64,000 bases of DNA from positions 130,014,001 to 130,078,000 of the forward strand of contig OZ024740.1 of NCBI GenBank assembly GCA_964016885.1. Direction: 5' to 3'. The position numbers were made by a program, and so were the translations under genes. Within the stretch, counting starts at the first letter, position 1; each line of letters starts with the position of its first letter. The notes under the pieces were generated by a model. It saw only the letters and a list, made by a program, of their open reading frames with translations, searched no databases and was not told where the DNA came from. This document shows positions 39,175-50,201 of this stretch, piece by piece. This stretch comes from Eledone cirrhosa. Taxonomy: Eukaryota.

Positions 39175-39340
39175 AGGGTTGGACGCCTTGCTTTCTAGCA
39201 TAGTTACGTCCCTTTACAGTCTGAGTTCAAATCCCGCCGAGGTTAACTTTGCCTTTCATCATTACGAGGTCGATAAAATAAAGTACCAGTAATCTACTGG
39301 GTAATTACTGGCCTTGTGCCAAAAGTAGAAACAATTATTA
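39175..39340 (+). mobile_element. SINE, same family as 2609 (5' end clipped)
   Basis: GGACGCC…GAGTTCAAATCCCGCCGAGGTTAACTTTGCCTTTCATC…GGCCTTGTGCCAAAAGTAGAAACAATTATTA. Confidence 0.9.
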
Positions 39341-39973
39341 TCTATATATATATAACTGAGGATGTCTGTCTGTGTGTGTGTGAGTTCGAATCCTTAAAGC
39401 TCGAGAACCACCCAACCGACTGTTTTCAAACTTTACACATGTAATACTTATGTTTCAGGGAGTGTTATGCACATGAACAATTCAACTTATTTTGTTATCT
39501 CCTAGGGCCGGCATTAGGTCAAACACTGAGTTGTTTAACCTTTTTAAGGGTGTTTTTAAGCGTTACGTCAGCCCGATTTCCTTGAAATTGTAACTATGTA
39601 TTAGTCAATCTCTTCTTTTATAACGTAAGCAAAGAAAATCGAACTTTCTTATGGCCTAGGGCCCGCATTGGGTAAAAAACTTAATTGTTTCAGCTTCTTA
39701 GGGCTTTTTGGAGGCGTTACGTCTAGCCGATTTTTTTCCCGAAATTTCAAGGTGTATAATGCACATAAAAGAAATTCATTTTCTTGATCCCTAGGGCCTG
39801 CTTACGTGAAAACCAGCATTTTTCCTATTTATCGAGGAAAATCTTAAAGATTATCCATCAGAGTATTTGGTTTATTTCCTTTACATATAGTCCAGGCATG
39901 CAGCTTTTAGGTTAATTGGCGGCCCACGTTCCAAAATACAATATACCGTGCAACGCCGGGGTACCACTGCTAG
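39341..39973 (+). mobile_element. Non-autonomous Helitron
   Basis: A|TC start; subterminal hairpin CCGTGCAACGCCGG followed by …CTAG|T; no TSD; homologous to 10460-11192. Confidence 0.88.
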
Positions 39974-41186
39974 TTATTAATAATTCTTGAATTATTGTTA
40001 TTATATATATAATGTTTTGCCTTACCTTAACATTGTATTTTGTTTTTTTATATAGTAAATTAATCTCATGAGGTGATTCACTATCATAAATTCGATTTTT
40101 TGAACGGTCATTGGCTAACTAGAACTTTCTGAACTTGCGGTTTAAAATATCTCCTTGCTTTCAAATCATTTAGATAATATATATTGACCACATATGGATT
40201 ACCTCCCTTTGTTTAAATTCTTCGCATATAATTTTTTTTTCATCCAAATGGATTCATATTGTATAGTTAACATGGTATTAATTGCTATATGGAAACTACA
40301 TATATTACGATATTATAATATAGTTACAAAATTAGAATCGAAATAATAATACTATAAGTAAATGACAATTGTTTATATTGTAAAATGAATAATTCTGATA
40401 ATAATTCTAAACATTATATAAAATGCATATACTGATGTTGGTAGCGAATATGTTGTGGTAAATATCCTTATACATATTTATTTTGTGTGTAAATTTGCTT
40501 GATAGGTAAAAATGATTTTGAATTTTGAATTTTGTAACAAAAATAATGAATATTTTTATTAATTGAATTATGCTTCTGATTACTATAGAACATATTTTTA
40601 TATTGTTTAATTTTGATATAATACATTAGTATAATTAGCTCAAACATAATAAAATACAAAATATATATAAAAAGTTCACGGAATTTAAGTGGTCCAATTG
40701 TTTGACTTAATATTTGAAAACAACGCTCACGCATCATGTCCCTCTCTTCTTTTTTCTTTCTTCCGTTCTTTCCTTTTTGCGGTTACGCCTTCCCTTTCTT
40801 TCTCTCTCTCTCTCTACTTTTTCTATCTTATCTTATTTTTTCTCTCTTCTTCTCTCTTCTCTTCTAACTATATCTCTCTCTTTATTTCTTCTTATACTTT
40901 TCATACTCACCCCCTCCTTTTACGTACATCTCGCTTCACATCCTCTTCTTCATCATATTTAAGTTTATCATGTTATAATTTGTGTATATAAATGTTGAGG
41001 TTTGTTGTAATAAATCTCTACCAATACTGGAATTGAACCATCAAGACAGTTGAGGTATGTCATACATCAATTCATATATTTTATCTGATGAGGTCGTACT
41101 GAAAAAACAGTACAGTACCTCCAAAATATATATAATAAAACATATATTTTGATTATGTGAACGTATTCATATATTAATATTTTGGA

Positions 41187-41219
<33 letters not shown>

Positions 41220-41229
41220 ATAAAGAATT

Positions 41230-41914
41230 AGAAATAGAAGCCAGGACTATCCATCATCAGTGGTCTACTAGCTAGCATAGGTATTCTTCGCCTTTCAGAC
41301 CATATACTGCCGGGTAGGGCAATACAATAACTAAATTAAGTTATTGGGATAAACAGAGTTGGGTGGAAAAGAGAGACAGGTAAACAAACAAGAATGGTGA
41401 GGCAACGTAAAGAGAGGAAAAAATGAGAAAATCAAGTCAATGATTCATTTTGAATATAAGAACATGCGAATATTGACGAGAAGGCAAAAGACACATCTTG
41501 GTCGTGCGAATGTGAGCGAAGAAAGAATTTCGCACGGTGTGGAACGATTGAGGAAGTGAGAGAGAGGGTGAGTAGCAGAGAGTGAGTGAGTGAAAGTGTG
41601 AGGAAGAGGCTAGCCGAGAGAGGGTGTCTAGCAGAAGGGGTGAGTGAAATTAAGAGGGAGAAGGTGTAAGAAGGGGGAGAGAGAAAGAGGTTATCAGTAA
41701 CGGAAAAGAAAAAGACAGGTCACAGCGAAGGAGAAAACATATATTAATGAAGAATGGCGAGCTGTGTTGTTGCAAATATGATATATATAATAAATAATTT
41801 AAAATAGAAGCCAGGACTATCTATCATCAGTGGTCTACTAGCCATCATAGTTATTCTTTCGCAGACCATATACCTCTGGCCAGGGCAATACCATAACTAA
41901 ATGGAGTTATTGGG
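41230..41914. repeat. Pair of ~115-bp diverged direct repeats around a purine-rich spacer
   Basis: AAATAGAAGCCAGGACTATC…GTTATTGGG at ~41232-41348 and ~41802-41914. Confidence 0.8.
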
Positions 41915-42249
41915 TGTGTGTGAGTGTGTGTGTGTGTGTGTGGATTCAAAAATTGACAAGGTTAAATATATTTATTCATTTACGTTTACAAACCTAAACG
42001 GTCGCTAATATATAAACTTAATATAATTGCACACTTGAATAGTTTAATATGTGAATGCTAGTTTTCGTTTTTCCGTCGTTGGGTGTTTGTGTTTGAGTAT
42101 GTTGTTTACGTCGATGTGTGTCAATATTTCTGGTATCGTTCCTTGGGGATTATAGCTCCTTGATATTTTCTAGTCATTATACTGATTTTGTTCGGATGCA
42201 ATAGGCATTACGTAATGGGTTTTAAGTTGATGCGGTGTTAAAAACGATT

Positions 42250-42720
42250 GCTGCAGGCAGATGAAGTCCATCCCGAACATACCAATAATTGGAGGAGCTT
42301 ACCTTTAATATCTAATTATATATATATATGTTGCTATTTGCTGAAAATCAATATCTACAACTTCAATTGCTTTTCGTTACCTTAGTTGATCGAGTGAGGT
42401 GCTTCCATTTTTAGCATCCTTTCACAAAACGGCTCTAATAACATATATTTTTCAAATATTTCAAACTCCTCTGTGGAAAAAGATGTCGTAAACAGCTTGG
42501 ATTCGTTTCTCTATAAATATGATTAAAAAATAGTTCGTCTTTTACGACGGCCAGCCGATGAGACAGGATCTATTTTCCTGAATAACAATTTCAAATATTT
42601 GTAATTAACAAGTTTTTCTGGGGTTGAATCCAATGCAGTACAACTGTTGAAATATATGATTTTAAAAGATTTCATCGTCAATTATTCAACTTCGTCGATT
42701 TCTTTGAGCTTTATTCACTT
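42250..42720 (-). pseudogene. Possible very decayed GIY-YIG (PLE) remnant
   Basis: Only fragmentary motifs (IYRET…, RKAIEVVDI). Confidence 0.25.
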
Positions 42721-44314
42721 TTTTTTCTCGAAGGTGTTATCCCATTACATGTCGTTTGGTTGTCAACACATACAGAGTCAGATATAAACAATTGAACAAT
42801 GAAGATATGCGACACGATGTAGATTTCAATTGATCCATTGTTTTGAGATAAAGATAGGGTAGGAGAGAAAGAGAGAGAGTGGGTGAGAGAGAAAGTAGGA
42901 AATAGACATTTGGAGTGCTATATTAATCATTAACTAATTAATTATCTAAGCTATATATATATAATCATAATATATATATATATATATATGGACGCCTCTA
43001 TATGTCACCCAAATACATTGTACCATACATAGCTTTTCATTTATGTTAACTTAAGTCACCATGAAACTGAATAATTGTATGCCAAATATAAACCAAACTT
43101 ATTAGCTCTAGCAAACAAGTTATTTTACTATAACACGAAAGTCAGCTAGGCAAACAAATTCGGAGCAACAGCCATTTAAAATAACCTAACTGTAAAAACA
43201 TAATTCCCCTGATTAGGGTGATTATAAAACTTACATAAACGCAGCTAGCTATATCTGCCACATCATCAATAGCCACACCCTTTAAAAGAACACCATCTAG
43301 TAGTAAATAAAATGTAGAAAGTTGCAACAGTCTCAAATTTTGAAAAGACTCCAGGGGTTAAATGTCCGTATAACAGCATTGTATATGAATTGAAACTGTG
43401 TTACATAGAACTACAACAACGCCAATGCAAACTAATTAAAAGAATACCTCAACGTTCGCATATATTCATTAGAAAATGGTAAACTGAAGGAAACAACTGT
43501 ATTAACACGACAGTTTACGAATCTGAATAGAATCACACAGAATAGAAGAATGACATGGTCGATAATACGTTCTGCAAATCGATACTATGATTGTTTAAGG
43601 AATAAGAGACTTGCCCGGCTGGAGTCCTGGAAATTATATAATGAAATCTCCATCAACATATCTGAGAAGTAGTAAACAACAAACCAGGAAACAAAGGAAA
43701 CTCACTTAACCGACCATTCACAACTCATTCTGTTTCTTCAACTTTGAATAAAATAAGATGATTGTATGGATATCTCCGATACTACAAACACATTTGAACA
43801 CACGGTCTACAACGTAAAAAAAAGACAACAAACGAACAACACTATGTCTAAGTTGTAACAATATCGTATAATCATTATTCCTTAATCTAGAACATTATCC
43901 TCTGCACCATGGTAAATTAGCTAAGAAAAAACTATGCATAAAGACATGTTAACATGAACCAACTAAATTAGATCTGTAAACAACTATATTTAATTTGAGT
44001 CTTCCATCAGGAGAAAGGCAACCACGATACCAATAAACAATAACATTCCATTCACAGGCATAGTAAAATGTCCCTACGTTTGGCTCAAGACCAACAATTT
44101 GAAGGGAAGGAAAAAGTCAATTAAATTGCTTTCATAGTATTTTATTTTACCCATTCCGTAAGAATAAAAGACTGAGGCAACCTTGGCAAGAATTGAAAGT
44201 AGAAAGTAGAAATTCAGATCTAAATGTCGTAAAGCGCGTTGACCGACGATCTCTCGATACAGTTAATCTACTGCTACACAGGCATAGTATTGAAAGGAAA
44301 AACTTACATTGTGT

Positions 44315-44406
44315 CTTCTTCTTCTTCTTCTTCTTCTTCTTCTTCTTCTTCTTCTTCTTCTTCTTCTTCTTCTTCTTCTTCTTCTTCTTCTTCTTCTTCT
44401 TCTTCT
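44315..44406. repeat. (TTC)n microsatellite
   Basis: Direct reading; it is the source of the poly-K/F/S/R ORFs. Confidence 0.97.
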
Positions 44407-44935
44407 GCAACCAGTGATTCTTAAAAGTGTCATTGGAGCATAGTCCTCAAACCCTATTTCCAACGGGTCCTGTCAGAAGCAACTGGGTGTTCTGCTAGGG
44501 AACGGTTAGGAGGTTCTGGATACGGCAACAAGATATATCTGATGCTTAAATCAATAAATGAATAACAATAAATTCAACACAACTTACGATTCCCATCCCC
44601 ATTCGTCAACTAACAACATGTTAAACGTCATCAATTTACCCTACGTTAATTTGATGGAATACCGACATATCTTGCGCACTAATTTCCCTATCAAAATTTC
44701 CATCACTAGGGAAACATGTTTCACAGAGAAAAAGTCATTTCCTTCTAAAGAGCCATTGTCATTTGCACGTTTCAATGCAGTGTGTAGAACTAGAAAAAAT
44801 AACATTACCCGCACCTCTTCGCTACAATTTCTGATATAGCTTCGACGCAACAAACTATGTCTAAAGATTGATACATGAACTATTAAAAAGAAAATATCTC
44901 AAATGATTCAATAATAATTCTGTAATCATATGATT

Positions 44936-45029
<94 letters not shown>

Positions 45030-45033
<4 letters not shown>

Positions 45034-46202
45034 AGTGTTAAACGATAACATTTTAGTTTAGAACATTTATTTGCTGACAATTGTTTCTTCCAGAGGGAAG
45101 TCTGGATTCGTCGGAGCATAAGGAATGTCGAAACATGTAACTAAAATCCTAGTCATTTAGAACATTTTGGGTACATAATTGTTATTAGTGTCAAAGGTAT
45201 CATGTGGAGAGTCAGGATTTATAAAGATGTTCTGCTTCAAAGAACACAATTACAGGCAGCACTTGTTGGAAGTGTAATAGGTATAATTAAAAGCACAATC
45301 CAAAAAATCACAAGCAAAAAAACACAGGCAAAAACGTTATAAGCAAGGAAAATTGGTGTACAATGCAGGAGTCAATACATTCAATAATGCATGTATGAGG
45401 AAAGAGTTATAATGTAGTTGAAATAAACATATTTTGTGTGGGGTGTTAAAGCATGTTATGATAGTTATAAATATTTAAGTTAGTGTGCAATTTGTAAGAG
45501 AGGCATGTGGTGATAATGTAGGTATTTGTTATGTAAGGTGTAATGCAAAGCACATGATAGAGTTGGATATGTGATTTTCATTTAAGTGTGTTTGTGTTGT
45601 AGTCCGTATTTATGTGTACGTGTTGTTTGTTACTCACAGCTATTAACCATGGGATTATTTTGAGTCGTTTATAGTCAATAGGTGTTTGTTTGTTAAATGT
45701 AAATTCCGCGGAATTACTGGCCATGTTGTTATTTTAGTTATATTATTTTATGCATTTTTTATGTATAAATTATCTTTTCTAGGGTTTGTATTAACCGTTA
45801 TTAAGCTGTTGGTAAACCGTTATGTTGCTCAATTTTATAAGTTTACACAGGAAGTTGTAAAGGGGGTTAATAACAAAGGCAGGTAATTAAGGCTGTTGAT
45901 AAATTGAGAGATGTTTTAATATTGTGGTAGTGTTATAAATTAATGTTTATAGATTATATAACATATTAAATATTATTGATTATATAATTGTTATCCTTTA
46001 AACTTGTGTAGAGGGGGTTAAACACATTTTTTTATTAAGCTTATTATAGCTAGATTGTTTTTACATAGTTAGTATGTGTATATGTAACATAAGGTATATA
46101 CATATATGAGAGAATGCATATATATATAAATACATAATACACACACACACACACACACACACATACACACACATACACCCCCCCCCACCCCACCCTCCAC
46201 AT

Positions 46203-46253
<51 letters not shown>

Positions 46254-46573
46254 TATACATACATACATACCGATTGTGTAGAGATAGTTGAAATTTGTTA
46301 TGACAATATAATGAGTTGCATAATATATACTGAAGTAATTGGAGTTATATACACAGGTGTCTGCTATTTAGTTGGTGTTGTATATTGAGAGTTTATTAGA
46401 GTGTTTATATTATTTAAATGTTTTAATTGTGTAAGGTAAGAGATGAAACAGTGGTTTATTGACTGTATGTAGGTCAGTGTGGTCTTTTAATTAAGGCTTA
46501 GTCCTATATCCATGAAGGTCTATTTGGATAAATTAAAAGGTGGTGTTATCTCCGACAACGGTCTTTATTTTTA

Positions 46574-46633
<60 letters not shown>

Positions 46634-48320
46634 GTTACTAGGTTTGAAGTAGTGGAATGAGAATCTGTGGTAATGTGGACACATGTAGAAGTTCTCTGAT
46701 TTCCTATTTAGTAGGGTAAGGTTAGAGTGAATAATATTTTTAGACTCGAGGATGCAAAGGTTACACAATTTGTTAGGTGGTCTATATGAGGGGCCTTAGC
46801 TAACACTTCCCATGTTAAGGTGTATGTTATGTTACTTGATTTGAATGAGTGTATGTATGTGGATATTGAGGTTACGTTGCTAAGTTTAGGGTTTCTGAAC
46901 GAATGAAGGTGTGAATTATATCTGGTCTTGAAGCTAATCAATGTTGAGCCTATATATACTTTCGAGATGTGATTAGCGGTGACACAACCGGAGTAGACAA
47001 TATCTTTAATTAGCATATTTAATGGGCATGTCTTGTTAGGCCTACAATTACAATTGTGTTGGTAACTAGTATACTAGTTAAGGGGGCATGCATTTGAGTG
47101 GTTGTTTCTGTTTCTACTTCTAGTATAATGATTATGGTGAGTATTAGTATTATTGCTATTATCAGTGTCACTTGCTGTATGGTCTTGTACTGTGTTATTG
47201 TTCAGGTTATTTCGATGCTAGATATTATTACTTTGGTGTAATTTGAAGTACTTGTTAATCTTTCTCTTATTGGCGCTGGCTATATGGTCTGCTATGTTAG
47301 GTGTGGTGGAGTAGGGAATTTTAATTGTGTTTTTGTTAAATAGATTGTGTTATATATAGTTAGTTGGGAAGTGTTTGTCTAGAGTAGAGAAGAAGGCTTT
47401 AGATATGTTTGTTGATGAATTTAAGATGAACGGAGGGTTAAAAAATGTGCTACTTCTTCCATTCTTCTTATGGTTGTTATTCATACTACTGTTTAGTGTG
47501 GTGTTAGCTTCCTTCTTATCTATATTTTTCTTTCTGTGGTGTTTCTTAGGATTATTGCCGTGGTGTTATTTAACTTTTTTATGGTGCCCTGTGTAAAGGA
47601 GTCACGATTTTCAATACTATGATCATATTTTCTTTTATTAATGGCCGTGTTCTGTGAAATTATATTAGGTTGTCTATTGGTGGTTGACGTTTTAGGTTTA
47701 AATTTAATTATATATCTATGACCGGAACGGTCTAAAGCTTCATTATAGTATTAGGAGTTACGATTAAATGTATTTTCGTTGTAAGAATGGCTAGATATTA
47801 TATTAGATACTCCTTTAATGATTGAGGTCAGTACAGATTTAGGGTGGTTAGAGTTGGTATTAACATAGAAAAGTTGTTCATTAGGTTTATGATAAGGTGT
47901 GTATGTTTTAGAGTCTAAGTATAGACTGGCGTCCAGGAAGTTAACATTTTTGGTGTTGTTATCTAAAGTGATACTTAGGTTATAGATTTTAAATATTTTA
48001 TATAATTGTTTTCTAGTTCTTTCTATATTGAACCAGTTATAGTCTAAGAGGAAATGTGCGTCGTCTCGGTAGAGGCCACCGTTGAGGTAACGTAGGCTCT
48101 TGTGTATTTCGTTTAAGATGAATAGACCGACTAAATCGGTTACCTGTGCCGAGTCAGAAGAACCCATTTTGATATCGAAGTTGTTGGGTGTATTCTTGCG
48201 GGTCCATAGTTGATCTTCAAATTTAATTATTCTTTTCCTGGCCGCAACGATTATATTTACCTGGGCTCTAGTGAGTTCACTATTGTTCGTGGCCATTATT
48301 AATGCTTTATCTAGCTTTAT
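45030..48320 (-). mobile_element. 5'-truncated Naiad-type PLE
   Basis: FDIKMGSSDSAQVTDLVG, GGLYRDD, VNFLD, PYHKPN…SNHP (47751-48296); FFNPPF, CNCRPNKTCPL, IVYSG…VYIGST…FKTRYNSH (46708-47060). Long 3' UTR ending in an HHR next to (TA)n. Confidence 0.85.
45072..45118 (-). ncRNA. Type I hammerhead motif at PLE 3' end
   Basis: TGCT-CCGACGA-A-TCCAGA-CTTCCC-TCTGGA-A-GAAA-CAATT-GTC^AGCA. Palindromic stem III ACAATTGT. Confidence 0.7.
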
Positions 48321-48335
48321 TTACACACACACACT

Positions 48336-48462
<127 letters not shown>

Positions 48463-48670
48463 TATGTATGTATGTATACGGACATACATATATGTATACA
48501 GACGTACAGTAGTATGTATATATATACATGCACACATATATATATGCACGTATCGGTTTACCGAACATTTATTATATGTTCGGTTTGTTTGTAAACAAAC
48601 AAACAGCACGAATTACGCCGTACAGTGTTTAGGCAACCACGTCACCTTTTTCTTCAACACTGACACAGGA

Positions 48671-48713
48671 ACGATGTACTAGTTTCAAGCCTATAAGCTA
48701 TCGTCAGCATCGT
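48671..48713 (-). ncRNA. Type I hammerhead ribozyme
   Basis: ACGATG-CTGACGA-TAGCTTATAGGCTT-GAAA-CTA-GTA^CATCGT. Confidence 0.8.
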
Positions 48714-49110
48714 ATATCTTCCTGGCAGATGGTTGAACGTCTAAAAGTATATACTTTCCTTATGCATATTAACGGCTGAGCAGCCTAATTTGCATATCGA
48801 GTGAGTTTAGTCGGCCGGGCGCGCCGAAAACGATAAATGGAATAGAATGAAACGAAATTTCATTTCTCACTCTTAGTACGGCAGTTACTTAAATGTAAGT
48901 ATGTATGTATACGTACATACATATATGTATACATACGTAAAGTAGTATGTATATTTATACATACATGCACACGTATATATATATGCACGTATCGGTTTAC
49001 CGAAAATTTATTATAATGTTCGGTTTGTTTGTAAACAAACACATATCCCTAATTACGCCGTACAGTGTTTAGGCAACCACGTCACGTTTATGTTCAACAA
49101 TGACACAGGA

Positions 49111-49153
49111 ACGATGTACTTGTTTCAAGCTTATTAGCTATCGTTAGCATCGT
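49111..49153 (-). ncRNA. Degenerate type I hammerhead
   Basis: ACGATG-CTAACGA-…-GAAA-CAA-GTA-CATCGT (core G5 to A). Confidence 0.6.
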
Positions 49154-49281
49154 TTCATTTATCGTCTTCAGTACGCCCGGCCGAGTAAACTCTCTCGATA
49201 TGTAAATTAGGCTGCTCAGCCGTTAGTATGCATAAGGAAAGTATATACTTTCAGACGGTCAACCATTTGGCAGGAAGGTAT

Positions 49282-49324
49282 ACGATGCTGACGATAGCTA
49301 ATAAGCTTGAAACTAGTACATCGT
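49282..49324 (+). ncRNA. Type I hammerhead ribozyme
   Basis: ACGATG-CTGACGA-T-AGCT-AATA-AGCT-T-GAAA-CTA-GTA^CATCGT. 6-bp stem I and palindromic stem III ACTAGT. Confidence 0.85.
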
Positions 49325-49446
49325 TCCTGTGTCAGTGTTGAAGAAAAAGGTGACGTGGTTGCCTAAACACTGTACGGCGTAATTCGGGCTGTTTGTTTGT
49401 TTACAAACAAACCAAACATTATAATAACTGATCGGTGAACCAATAC

Positions 49447-49499
<53 letters not shown>

Positions 49500-49635
49500 C
49501 ATGTATGTATATATATACATACTACTGTACGTCTGTATACATATATGCATGTACGTATACATACATACATACTTAAATTTAAGTAACTGCCGTACTAAGA
49601 GTGAGAAATTTCATTTCATTTCATTCTATTCCATT

Positions 49636-49710
<75 letters not shown>

Positions 49711-49718
<8 letters not shown>

Positions 49719-50045
49719 AAAAAGAGATGAAATCGAAAATGCAACTGGAGTCTTATTTTTTTTTTAAATATATATATTTATTTGGTTCCTTTACCGGTTT
49801 CGCAGTTCTTCTGCTTTTCAAAAGGTGAGTTGAGATGGAGGGTCTGTGGTAGACCCTCCATCTCAACTCACCTTTTGAAAAGCATAAGAACTGCGAAAAC
49901 GGTAAAGGAACCAAATAAATATATATATTTAAAAAGAATATAAGACTCCAGTTGCATTTTCGATTTCATCTCTTTTTCTTTATACTTTCACTCGTGTAGG
50001 ACACCTCGGTTATTTTTCATTTTGTAAAAAAACCCTCACTTTCTA
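49711..50045. mobile_element. Palindromic HHR mini-element (family C) in (TA)n
   Basis: ~135-bp inverted arms centred on GGGTCT-GTGGT-AGACCC (~49848), plus a ~60-bp unique tail on the right. Confidence 0.85.
49788..49825 (-). ncRNA. Type I hammerhead, U3/A8 core variant
   Basis: CCTT-TTGAAAA-GCAG-AAGAA-CTGC-GAAA-CCG-GTA^AAGG. The mirror copy at 49871-49908 (plus) has two substitutions. Confidence 0.75.
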
Positions 50046-50130
<85 letters not shown>

Positions 50131-50132
50131 CC

Positions 50133-50201
<69 letters not shown>

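Larger units (their letters stand above)
37200..41140 (+). mobile_element. Decayed, internally deleted Naiad-type PLE with inverted 5' segment; hosts SINEs and a Helitron
   Basis: YFKDHKGHF…RLIAHSKADLGIISK (~37770-37860), SNHPKSV, KCFPRSHKYYPIFNRHTVKLSYST, CNCRRKSECP, YIGATS. ~37585-37715 is inverted relative to ~40310-40410. Outer boundaries are uncertain. Confidence 0.7.

Noticed and set aside
41080-41125. CTGATGA followed by a GTACTG/CAGTAC hairpin
   Set aside because: No GAAA or stem III follows, so it is incomplete.
43330-44900. Possible decayed LINE coding sequence
   Set aside because: Composition is suggestive but no identifiable motif was found.
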